Part shown: positions 55,154 to 64,000 of the stretch, in pieces
How the letters are laid out: every line of letters begins with the position of its first letter
Position numbering within the stretch: position 1 is the stretch's first letter
Source of the DNA: Nitrospirales bacterium
GTDB lineage: Bacteria > Nitrospirota > Nitrospiria > Nitrospirales > UBA8639
DNA: 64,000 bases
Reading direction: 5' to 3'
Assembly (NCBI GenBank): GCA_965203295.1
Contig: CBDBCZ010000019.1
Coordinates: 1,440,001-1,504,000 of the forward strand
Position numbers and translations under genes: made by a program
Notes under the pieces: generated by a model
Seen by the model: only the letters and a program-made list of their open reading frames with translations
Databases searched by the model: none
Told to the model about the DNA's origin: nothing

Positions 55154-56311
55154 TTAGAGGATAGGTTTGGTAAAAAGAATTCCCCCAAAAGCGAGGCATG
55201 CTGCGAGAAGGGTTAACAATACATTGAACTTTTGTCCAGTGATGTATAGTACGATGGGTTTGCCGCCAACCAATTGTGAGGCCAATTGCCGAAAGTTAGA
55301 TTCGAGGCCAATGGAGACAAAGGCCAAAGCAAACCACCAGCCATGGAGATTCTTTGTGACTTTATGAACCGCGCTGATTTCTTCCTGGCCTAAAAGAGGG
55401 ACGAGGCAGAACGCAATGATTCCAATCAGGACATTTTGAATCATCTTAACCACCGCCGCGACTTTTTCAGCCTTGTCTCCCAATAAAGCCCCGGCTGCCA
55501 CCACGGCACCAGTCGAATCCACGGTTCCACCAATCCACGCGCCTCCCACTAACTCGTCTTGCCCCAACGATTTTGACAGTGCGGGCATGCCTACCATCAT
55601 CGCCACCGTAAAAATTATCGTCATTCCAACGACTAAGGTGAGTTCCTCCTTTTTCGCTCGTGCTGCGGCTGCGGAGACGATAGCGGCACTAACCCCGCAC
55701 ACGGAAGTCGCGCATGCAATGACGATAACCAGTGCTTGAGAGGTCATCCGAATAATTCTTGTCCCAAAGAACCACATAAATAGGACGACGACGGGAGTGA
55801 CGACCCAAGCGACAACAAGGCCAGACCCACCCAACGCAAGGATTTTCTGACCGAGGATCTCTGCAACCAGTAAGACCAAACCGATTTTGATGAAGAGTTC
55901 AGATCGTGCACCATCACGGATCCATGGCGGAGTTCCAATGGTGTTAGCAATGAGCAAACCAAACATGAGAGCCCACAAGGCATATCCCAAGCCTATCCCT
56001 TTCAAATAGGTCTGGGACCCCATTAACTTTGCCAAGGCCGCCAATCCAAAAACAAAAAGAAACCCTCGTAGGTAAGAAGAAACAGGCTGACCCATGACCC
56101 AAATCTTCAGGGTGGTGAGCATCCCAAGGCACACCATTAATCCCAGGAAATTCAGAAGTTTCATCGCTGGAATAGCTTCTAATGGGTTGGCGACCCATTT
56201 CCCAGGTTTGGGAATGCCAATGAGGAGACCTAGAACGGTCAAGAAAATTAAAATGAACCCGATCCAAACGGTCCACCAGTCTTCTAAAGTTATGAGTGGA
56301 GAACGCTTCAT
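55154..56311 (-). CDS. YeiH/COG2855 putative sulfate exporter; probable internal in-frame deletion
   Basis: EDWW, FIKIGLVLL, SVCGVSAA, GGTVDSTGAV, KMIQN, AFVSIGLE. Confidence 0.78.
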   Translation of the reverse strand: MKRSPLITLEDWWTVWIGFILIFLTVLGLLIGIPKPGKWVANPLEAIPAMKLLNFLGLMVCLGMLTTLKIWVMGQPVSSYLRGFLFVFGLAALAKLMGSQTYLKGIGLGYALWALMFGLLIANTIGTPPWIRDGARSELFIKIGLVLLVAEILGQKILALGGSGLVVAWVVTPVVVLFMWFFGTRIIRMTSQALVIVIACATSVCGVSAAIVSAAAARAKKEELTLVVGMTIIFTVAMMVGMPALSKSLGQDELVGGAWIGGTVDSTGAVVAAGALLGDKAEKVAAVVKMIQNVLIGIIAFCLVPLLGQEEISAVHKVTKNLHGWWFALAFVSIGLESNFRQLASQLVGGKPIVLYITGQKFNVLLTLLAACLAFGGILFTKPIL

Positions 56312-56524
56312 CGGTTACGGTTTCCCAGCTTATCTTTTGGAGTAGGGTTTGTTTTGATAAATGATTGTGATGCTATCTCAAGGATAAAAGAGGGTCAAGG
56401 AAAGGTGAATATAGCCAAAGACTATCTGAAAAATGACTCCTCTCAAGAGGGGCCGTAGAATGATTTATGGTTAGGGGATTGAGATGAGTTGCTCTGAGGC
56501 ACAAATGGTCATATCCTTCTGAGT

Positions 56525-57718
56525 ATGAGGTATCCAACACCGAATGCACTTCGTAATACCCTCGCGTCTCAGCCCCAGAGTCAAGAGTTGGGGATTTACG
56601 TTCGTATTCCTTTTTGCTGGGAGCGGTGCCATTTCTGTGCTTTCTATGTTCATATTCATCGAAATAATCACGTGGCCCAATTCGTGGATAACCTTCTTGA
56701 AGAAATATCTATTTATGCTCGGGAGATCGGCCTTCGATCGTGTTCAATCTCAAGCCTGTATTTTGGAGGCGGTACACCAACAACTCTCACTTCAGAGCAG
56801 CTTTGTCGGATATTGGGTCAACTCACAACTTCATTCACGGTTCATTCGGATGCTGAGATTTCACTTGAAGCTCATCCGATGACGGTGACCCAAGAAAGTC
56901 TTCGTATTCTTCTAGGAGCTGGATTTAATCGACTTAGTCTAGGTGGACAATCTTTCGATAATGCCGAACTCGTACGCTTGGGAGGACGAGGGACAAGCAG
57001 AATGATCCAAGATGCTGGTGAGATGGTGTGGGCTAGCGGATTTCACAATGTTAATCTTGATCTGATGTACGGTCTGCCAGAGCAGACTCCTGATGCTTGG
57101 GAAGTGACGTTACAGAGGACGACTGCCTTGCAGCCGACACACATTTCCTGCTATGCCCTCACCATTGAGGAAGGAACTCAGTTTTCTATTGAAAATAAGC
57201 ATGGGGTTCTTGCGGAGCCAAACTCTGAACTTCAAAATTCCATGGAAGATCTTACAATGGGTTATTTAGTGGAAGCGGGGTATCAACAGTATGAGATATC
57301 CAATTTCACTAAAACTGGGTATGCCTGTCGGCATAACTTGGGTTATTGGCAAGGCCGATCGTATTTGGGGTTTGGCCCGAGTGCGCAATCTTTTGTGCAT
57401 GCCATTCGGTTTGGAAACGTTGAAAATCTCGAAACGTATAATCGTTGTATTGAGCGAGGAACATTACCGATTTCTGAAATGGACTCACTTGATCCTGAAC
57501 AAGTGGTTCGAGAACGTGTGGCTTTTGGTCTTAGATTAGTTGATGGGGTTCCCTTTGTTTTTGGGCACAATGGAAAAATAGAGGAATGCCTGCGGCAGAT
57601 TGTCCCGTTATTAATGATAAGAGGCCTTCTCATGAGGCAGGAGAACCGTTTAGTTCTGACAAAACAAGGACGACGTTTAGCCGATTCGGTGGGAGCCGCA
57701 ATTTACGCAGGAGAGTAG
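56525..57718 (+). CDS. hemW: Radical SAM heme chaperone, HemW/HemN-like
   Basis: IPFCWERCHFCAF, FGGGTPT, DLMYGLP, YEISNF, HNLGYW. Confidence 0.85.
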   Translation: MRYPTPNALRNTLASQPQSQELGIYVRIPFCWERCHFCAFYVHIHRNNHVAQFVDNLLEEISIYAREIGLRSCSISSLYFGGGTPTTLTSEQLCRILGQLTTSFTVHSDAEISLEAHPMTVTQESLRILLGAGFNRLSLGGQSFDNAELVRLGGRGTSRMIQDAGEMVWASGFHNVNLDLMYGLPEQTPDAWEVTLQRTTALQPTHISCYALTIEEGTQFSIENKHGVLAEPNSELQNSMEDLTMGYLVEAGYQQYEISNFTKTGYACRHNLGYWQGRSYLGFGPSAQSFVHAIRFGNVENLETYNRCIERGTLPISEMDSLDPEQVVRERVAFGLRLVDGVPFVFGHNGKIEECLRQIVPLLMIRGLLMRQENRLVLTKQGRRLADSVGAAIYAGE

Positions 57719-57719
57719 C

Positions 57720-58043
57720 TCACTGATTTTCAGCTTTTTCAGTGGGTTCTTCATCTGGCACAAGACATTCTTTGCACATTTCATCAAGCCACTGTCCAGC
57801 ACATTCCATAATTTCCCTCACCAAGGTTTCTGGGTGTCAGGTTTGAGATATTGTCCATTGGCAGATATACTCGAGTAGATGATCCCGTTCGTATTTCTGT
57901 GATGAGGTTTTGGCTAGATCGGATAGTTCCGAAAAGCCCGTTCGAGTAATCTGATCGACGATTTCTCGACTGTAGGCTGTTCGTGAGGTGATATATTGAA
58001 TGGCTCGATAAATTTCTTGAGAATTCATAAGTATTTTCATCAA
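57720..58043 (-). pseudogene. Small hypothetical protein with in-frame TGA
   Basis: TGA at 57837-57839, frame continues HPETLVREIMECAGQWLDEM to 57720. Confidence 0.5.
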
Positions 58044-58510
58044 TGCAGAAATGATTTATTGTACTGACATTCGATTAGATGTCCAAGCGGGAAAGAATTT
58101 TGTCGTGAAGAATTCTAACTGCTCAATAAATTGGCAATTCGCTCGACACGGCATGCTTCCTTGTGACTGCCTAATTATAAACAAGGTTATTCAGATCTCT
58201 TCCACAGTTCTTGTGGACAAGATCTCTGACTGAGTGTTGTGATTGAAGTTGGGATTGTTTTCTCAAAGAGTTCATTATTTGAGAATGGATAAACATTCGA
58301 TTTCTAGGGATTTTTAGGGTCAGATTTAGGAAAAGGTTTATGGTTACTGGACATATCGTGGTAAGGGTGATGAAAAGCTTTGTTCCTGAAGATACTTGTT
58401 ATTTTGAAGAGTTATTCACAGCTACGTAAGGGGATATCTTTAGGGGTCTCAATAACAATCTAAGCCTGCGTGCGAAAAAAATGTCTTCTGATGGTTGCAT
58501 CTTGGACAAT

Positions 58511-59033
58511 CTAGAGCAATGCATTCCAGAGTTGAGCTATGGCCCACAGGATACCTACAAGGAATGCGAGAATGAACATGATGGTAAAAACAGTCAGGCT
58601 GATGACGAATATCCAGTCCCAGGTTGTGGAAGTTCGCTTGGTGCTTGTCGTGTTAACGCCGAAGCAATTTGGCATTCTTAAGATTACTTCGAAACCAGAT
58701 GGAAAAAATATCTCCGAAACCTGGAATGGACCCAATGATGGTGTTCACCCCGGTATTGATGGCCATTCGAACCATCACGATTTTGGGAACTTGGAGTTTG
58801 AAGGCAAAAATCAAAAATGCTGATCCGATCAGATGGGTCAAAAAATCGCCTACCCCAGGAAGGAGTCCAAGAAGCGGATCCACGCCAATCCAAATCGTGG
58901 TGCCTGGGATGCGGATGGACGAATCAAGTAGCTTAGCCAATCGCTCGGCATGTTGACGGATCTGTTCTTGTTCGACCGTGTCCTGATGTCGGGGAGTATC
59001 GTTAACGTCAGCATGTCGATATTGAGGGTTCAT
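58511..59033 (-). pseudogene. DUF4112 membrane protein with +1 frameshift
   Basis: LLDSSIRIPG, GVDPLLGLLPGVGD, IGSIPGFGD; CGT-TAAC at about 58653 separates the C-terminal TM (WDWIFV) into another frame. Confidence 0.8.
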
Positions 59034-59278
59034 CGTTCAACCTGAAAAGTTGCGCTAGATTTTCTCCGCCATGAGCAAAACAGTGTTTGATTCCATTGTC
59101 AAGAGAGCGAAGATGGTCTGGAGGTCGTTCCGTATAGAGAGTCGCAGCCAAGCTAGGCTTCGATAAACTCACTGTGAATCAGGAATTCTTACCATCATGA
59201 GCGAACGCTTATATCTATGTAGTTGCCCTACGCTTATATATTTAGGATTCTTGTTTCGATCGTTTCGTCACCATTTTT

Positions 59279-60826
59279 ATGGCTGAATCTTTTCTCACTC
59301 CCCAAGGGTCTTCCTCAGGAAGACGCTTATCGAAATCACGATGTCTGTCAGGGATACAATGTGCGAAGCGCCTTTATCTCGATGTGCATTCTCCGGAATT
59401 GGCGACTAAAACTGATGTCCAACGACAAGCGATATTGGAGATGGGACGGGAGATCGGTGAGGCTGCCCGACGTCTATTTCCTGAGGGAACTTTGGTTGAC
59501 GAAGATTATCGACACACGGCTGCAGCTTTAAATCGAACGGCTGAATTGCTAGCCGATCCCAATATTTCAGTCATTTTCGAAGGTGCCTTTCAATTTCAGG
59601 GAACATTGGTTCGAGTGGATGTCCTTGAACGAGTGGAACACCAATGCTGGCGGCTCATTGAGGTCAAGGCGGCTTCCCGAGTCAAAGCTGTGCATCTTCA
59701 TGACCTGACGATCCAGACGTATGTCCTTCAGGGTGTTGGGGTGGAATTAGAAGGATCGTATGTCATGAATGTCAATCGGCGTTATCGATACCTTGGAGGA
59801 CATGTTGATTTACATCACCTGTTTTCCCTTCATAATCTAACAGAAGCGGTGAGTGAACGAATCCTACACATTTCACAGCTTATTCATGATTTGAAAGAAG
59901 TGGTGGCCTTGCCGGCACCTCCCTCAATTGAGCCAGATGCTCATTGTCATAGACCCTTTTCTTGTCCCTTCTGGGATTTCTGTATTCGCGATAAGTCAAA
60001 GAGGTGGATCTTTCATTTGCCAGGGGAACGGAAGATCTTCAAACATCTGAAGGATTTGGGTATCGAATCGATTGATGATATTCCAGAAGGATTTTCTTTG
60101 ACTATTCTTCAACGTCGAGTGAGAGACAATGTTGAGTGGATCTCCCAGAATATTCAACAAGAGTTGTCTTCCGTCGAGTACCCCGTCCATCATTTGGATT
60201 TTGAAACTTTTATGTCCGCCATTCCCCTCTATCCTGATACATATCCGTATCAGCCTCTTCCAGTTCAATGGTCGAACCATACAGAATACCATGATGCTTC
60301 CCTTCGACATGAGGGATATATTTGTCGAGAACAAAAAGATCCCCGTGAAGAAGTGGCGATCAGTGTCTTAGAGTCGCTTGGCCAAGAAGGAAGTATCTGT
60401 GTGTATTCAGATTATGAACGCTATGTCTTGGCATCCTTAGCTGAAGTTGTGCCGAGTCTGAAGAAGGAACTTCACCAAGTAATTTGGCGATTATGGGATC
60501 TTCTTTCGGTGATCCAAACTCATTACTATCACCCGAAATTTAATGGGTCGTTTTCTATCAAAGCCGTTCTCCCGGCATTGCTACCTACTCTCGGGTATGA
60601 TGATCTCGAGGTTCAAAATGGGGCCAGCGCCTCGGCGTTCTATAACCGTATGCTGTACCAAGAAACAGATTGGGTAGAGCGAGATCGGATAGCGACAGCA
60701 CTTCTCCAATATTGCGCTCTGGATACCTTCGCCATGGTGAAGCTTAGGCATGTCTTAATGGCGAAGGCCAACGGGTCTTGCGGATCACAGTTTGTCCAGA
60801 TGGCAGGAACAACAAGAGTAAGGTAA
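59279..60826 (+). CDS. DUF2779 protein: PD-(D/E)XK nuclease-like domain plus DEDD/RNase H-like domain
   Basis: LSKS..L...QC.KR, RVDVL, IEVK, CHRPFSCPFWDFC, LDFET, GSFSIKAVLP, YCALD. Confidence 0.8.
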   Translation: MAESFLTPQGSSSGRRLSKSRCLSGIQCAKRLYLDVHSPELATKTDVQRQAILEMGREIGEAARRLFPEGTLVDEDYRHTAAALNRTAELLADPNISVIFEGAFQFQGTLVRVDVLERVEHQCWRLIEVKAASRVKAVHLHDLTIQTYVLQGVGVELEGSYVMNVNRRYRYLGGHVDLHHLFSLHNLTEAVSERILHISQLIHDLKEVVALPAPPSIEPDAHCHRPFSCPFWDFCIRDKSKRWIFHLPGERKIFKHLKDLGIESIDDIPEGFSLTILQRRVRDNVEWISQNIQQELSSVEYPVHHLDFETFMSAIPLYPDTYPYQPLPVQWSNHTEYHDASLRHEGYICREQKDPREEVAISVLESLGQEGSICVYSDYERYVLASLAEVVPSLKKELHQVIWRLWDLLSVIQTHYYHPKFNGSFSIKAVLPALLPTLGYDDLEVQNGASASAFYNRMLYQETDWVERDRIATALLQYCALDTFAMVKLRHVLMAKANGSCGSQFVQMAGTTRVR

Positions 60827-61008
60827 TGAAAAAGCCGCTTCCTGATGGCCATACAGGATCTGGATTGACCTCTTATGTCCGGCTTGGTAAAATCTCAATC
60901 GCTTTTCATGAAAATACTGCGTGTTGGATAAAGGTTGATTCTTTCAGGTGGCCTTCTCTTGCCTTCTGCGTACCTGCCCCCTAATCTCTTAGGTGATCTG
61001 GAATTCTT

Positions 61009-61470
61009 GTGCATCGGATTCTTGTGCTCCATGGCCCCAATCTCAACCTGCTGGGTAGGCGGGAGGAGGCAATTTATGGGGATCGAACCTTAGAGGAAAT
61101 CAACAACAAGATTGAAAGTTTGGCTTCAGAACATGGGCTATCTATTGAGACAAGACAGTCTAACTCTGAAGGACAGTTAGTGACATGGATTCAGGATACT
61201 CCCTCGCGTTTTGATGCCATTGTCATTAACCCAGCAGCGTATACGCATACCAGTATCGTCCTGAGAGATGCACTTTTAGCTGTTGGTCTTCCGACCGTAG
61301 AAGTTCATCTGTCGAATATTCACCGCCGCGAAGATTTTCGGAAGCGCTCTCTCATCGCGGATATCGCGATTGGACAAATTTCGGGTTTTGGTACGATGAG
61401 TTATCTGTTGGCTATCATAGCACTGGCGGATTATTTTCAAACACAAGAAAAGCTGTCTACTTCTCAGTAG
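61009..61470 (+). CDS. aroQ: Type II 3-dehydroquinate dehydratase
   Basis: HGPNLNLLG.RE, INPAAYTHTS, EVHLSN. Confidence 0.96.
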   Translation: MHRILVLHGPNLNLLGRREEAIYGDRTLEEINNKIESLASEHGLSIETRQSNSEGQLVTWIQDTPSRFDAIVINPAAYTHTSIVLRDALLAVGLPTVEVHLSNIHRREDFRKRSLIADIAIGQISGFGTMSYLLAIIALADYFQTQEKLSTSQ

Positions 61471-61510
61471 GTTTTTTATCAATTTTCCTAATGAGGAAGG
61501 TTATCGTCCG

Positions 61511-62071
61511 GTGATATCAACATCAGAATTTAGAAATGGATCTCGTTTGGAACTGGATGGTGTGCCCTATTACATCGTGGAGTTTCAACATGTGAAACCA
61601 GGAAAAGGTGGAGCGTTTGTGCGAACAAAGTTAAAAAATCTTAAAACTGGGAGCACAGTGGAACGAACATTTCGATCCGGGGAAAAATTGGACGAGCCTA
61701 ATCTCGATGAATGTGAAATGCAATTTCTGTATTCCAGCGGTGAGACGTTAACATTCATGGATACGAGTACCTACGAACAATTTACCTATGACAAAAATCA
61801 ATTGGGAGATAATACCGATTTATTGAAAGAAGATACGGTCGTCCAGATTCTCTTGTATCATAATGAGCCCATCGCGGTGGGATTGCCGAATTTTATGGAT
61901 CTCAAGGTTGTCGAAACCGACCCAGGGGTTCGTGGAGATACGGCGAGTGGAGGAACAAAAGCTGCGGTTGTGGAGACGGGGGCCAGCATCAAGATCCCTC
62001 TGTACCTAGAGGCAGGAGAGGTTATCAAGGTGGATACTCGTACTCGTGAATATGTAGAGCGAGTTCGCTAA
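61511..62071 (+). CDS. efp: Elongation factor P
   Basis: HVKPGKGGAFVRTK, PGVRGDT, KVDTR. Confidence 0.97.
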   Translation: MISTSEFRNGSRLELDGVPYYIVEFQHVKPGKGGAFVRTKLKNLKTGSTVERTFRSGEKLDEPNLDECEMQFLYSSGETLTFMDTSTYEQFTYDKNQLGDNTDLLKEDTVVQILLYHNEPIAVGLPNFMDLKVVETDPGVRGDTASGGTKAAVVETGASIKIPLYLEAGEVIKVDTRTREYVERVR

Positions 62072-62128
62072 GAATAAAGACATTCCGTCTATCTGCATCG
62101 AAATGCGACCATTAACATTGATCATTTC

Positions 62129-62596
62129 ATGAGAAGCGACCAAAGAAAAGAAATCCAAGAATTAGTTGAGATTTTAGGGAGGGAAAATCTCACGGAAATT
62201 GAGATCGAAAGGAAAGATGTTCGAATCCGGATCCGACGTGAATCTCTTCCTTCTTTTGTGGTTCCCCCACCCGCACCAAAGGGACAGAGAGATATAGGGA
62301 AGGAAACTGAAATCTCTGTCGAATCAGTTACAGTCGAATCTTCTCGTTTTTTGACGGTCACTTCTCCGATTGTTGGGACATTCTATCGTTCTCCGTCTCC
62401 TGACGGTGATCCCTATGTCGAAGAGAGTGATCAGGTCAAACAGGGGCAAGTCATTTGTATCGTCGAAGCCATGAAATTGATGAATGAGATTGAATCTGAA
62501 GCTGATGGCCGAATCGTCAAAGTTCTGGTCGAAAATGGCACCCCTGTCGAATATGGACAACCCTTGTTCTTAATCGATCCACATCCTGCTTCCTAG
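62129..62596 (+). CDS. accB: Acetyl-CoA carboxylase biotin carboxyl carrier protein
   Basis: [17 protein letters not shown]. Confidence 0.96.
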   Translation: MRSDQRKEIQELVEILGRENLTEIEIERKDVRIRIRRESLPSFVVPPPAPKGQRDIGKETEISVESVTVESSRFLTVTSPIVGTFYRSPSPDGDPYVEESDQVKQGQVICIVEAMKLMNEIESEADGRIVKVLVENGTPVEYGQPLFLIDPHPAS

Positions 62597-62622
62597 CTGT
62601 TGTTTTCCCACAAGGTGGCACC

Positions 62623-63972
62623 GTGTTTAAAAAAATCCTCATTGCCAATCGCGGAGAAATTGCTTTACGAATTATTCGCGCCTGTCGAGAGTTAGGCGTG
62701 AAAACCGTGGCGATTTACTCCGAACCTGATGTGCAATCTTTACATGTCTGGCACGCAGATAAGCATGTCTGTGTAGGGCCTGCCGATTCTGCGAAAAGCT
62801 ATAGAAATATTCCGAATGTCTTAAGTGCTGCGGAGATTTCGGGTGCTGATGCCATTCATCCTGGATACGGATTTCTTGCCGAAAACGCCCATTTTGCTGA
62901 GGTATGTGAGTCTATTGGAATCACATTTATCGGCCCCTCATCCGAACATATTGCTTTGTTAGGTGATAAGGCAAAGGCTCGAGAAATGATGCTGTGCCAT
63001 GGGATTCCGGTCCTTCCAGGAAGTCCAGGAGAAGTTCGCTCGGAAGCAGAGGCTTTGACAGTGGCTCGGCAAGTAGGGTTCCCTGTCATTGTGAAAGCCA
63101 CGGCTGGAGGCGGGGGGCGTGGAATGCGAGTAGTCGGGAAGGAAGAGGATTTAGCCAAAGCGGTCAAAACCGCACAAGTGGAGGCCAGAGCGTCATTTGG
63201 CCATGACGGGGTGTATTTAGAGCACTATTTTCTTGACCCTCGCCATATTGAAGTACAAGTTCTCGCAGATGACCATGGCCATATTGTTCATCTCGGGGAG
63301 CGCGATTGTTCTATTCAACGGCGATACCAAAAGTTAGTAGAGGAGTCACCTTCTCCAGTGGTCGATGATCGGTTACGTCAAGAGATGGGAAGAATGGCGG
63401 TTAAAGTGATTCGCTCCGTGCATTACCGAAATGCTGGGACCGTGGAATTTCTGTTGGACCATGACCATCAGTTCTATTTTATGGAGGTGAATACTCGCAT
63501 TCAGGTTGAACATCCGGTGACAGAAATGGTCACGGGCATTGATCTGGTCAAAGAACAGATTCGTATTGCTGCTGGGCAACCAATTGAATACCGTCAGCGC
63601 GATATTCAATTTAAAGGTCACAGTCTTGAATGTCGAATTAATGCCGAGTGTCCAGATAAATTCACTCCCTCTTCAGGAACAGTCACACGTTTTCATCCTC
63701 CAGGAGGTCCAGGAATTCGTGTAGATTCGGCCATGGAGTCCTCTGGCCGCGTGGTGCCTCATTATGACTCGTTGATCGCCAAACTCATTAGTCATGGGCA
63801 AAATCGAGAGGAGGCATTGGCGCGTATGAGCCGAGCTTTAGATGAATTTGTCATAGAAGGTATTAAAACGACCATTCCCCTGCAGCGCTTGATCTTGGAC
63901 GATGCGGATTTCCAAAAGGGAAGAGTGTCCACTGGATTCCTCGACCGTTTGTTCGCCAATCGCTCCGTATGA
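62623..63972 (+). CDS. accC: Acetyl-CoA carboxylase biotin carboxylase
   Basis: [41 protein letters not shown]. Confidence 0.97.
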   Translation: MFKKILIANRGEIALRIIRACRELGVKTVAIYSEPDVQSLHVWHADKHVCVGPADSAKSYRNIPNVLSAAEISGADAIHPGYGFLAENAHFAEVCESIGITFIGPSSEHIALLGDKAKAREMMLCHGIPVLPGSPGEVRSEAEALTVARQVGFPVIVKATAGGGGRGMRVVGKEEDLAKAVKTAQVEARASFGHDGVYLEHYFLDPRHIEVQVLADDHGHIVHLGERDCSIQRRYQKLVEESPSPVVDDRLRQEMGRMAVKVIRSVHYRNAGTVEFLLDHDHQFYFMEVNTRIQVEHPVTEMVTGIDLVKEQIRIAAGQPIEYRQRDIQFKGHSLECRINAECPDKFTPSSGTVTRFHPPGGPGIRVDSAMESSGRVVPHYDSLIAKLISHGQNREEALARMSRALDEFVIEGIKTTIPLQRLILDDADFQKGRVSTGFLDRLFANRSV

Positions 63973-64000
63973 GCAACATTTCACCTTCCACGCTCAACGC

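Noticed and set aside
2631..57839. UGA reassigned to Trp or Gly (alternative genetic code)
   Set aside because: Some internal TGAs sit at Trp positions, but TAG and TAA interrupt genes equally often. Intact genes (kdsD, nadE, cspA, accC) end in TGA, essential genes have no internal TGA, and several affected genes also carry frameshifts.
129..63724. Numerous antisense or alternate-frame ORFs in the ORF track
   Set aside because: They overlap well-supported genes and lack motifs, except where used above as frameshifted parts of pseudogenes
63969..64000. Start of the next gene overlapping the accC stop
   Set aside because: Only 10 codons visible; cannot be identified

Overview
Bacterial chromosomal window in the standard genetic code. 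Gene content and order (metG-holB-tmk / DUF502-glmU-glmS; aroQ-efp-accB-accC; secreted HEAT-repeat proteins) suggest Nitrospirota, which is an inference. It holds a surface-polysaccharide cluster (1-15.4 kb: kdsD, O-antigen ligase, epimerase, nadE, sugar dehydrogenase, glycosyl- and methyltransferases, wzm/wzt), housekeeping genes, a circularly permuted ATP-grasp plus alpha-E/transglutaminase operon, a lipoprotein operon, tRNA-Leu(UAA) followed by a small decayed island, and a potABCD-like operon. The dominant signal is active genome decay. About 20 accessory genes carry in-frame stops (all three stop codons), +1 frameshifts, exact 6-24 bp tandem duplications or deletions, while the essential genes have uninterrupted reading frames. 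Non-coding structure includes three REP-like palindromes, a miniature IS200/IS605-type element, an IS21-like end and an IS1380 fragment. No CRISPR array, prophage or intact transposase was seen. I found no clearly new system. The best candidates for poorly characterised biology are the peptide-ligase/transglutaminase module, the LPP20/LpoB/COG3014 lipoprotein operon, a Cas4-like plus DEDD double nuclease (DUF2779), a UGPase-like DUF4301 protein and a ClpS variant with Cys in the binding pocket.
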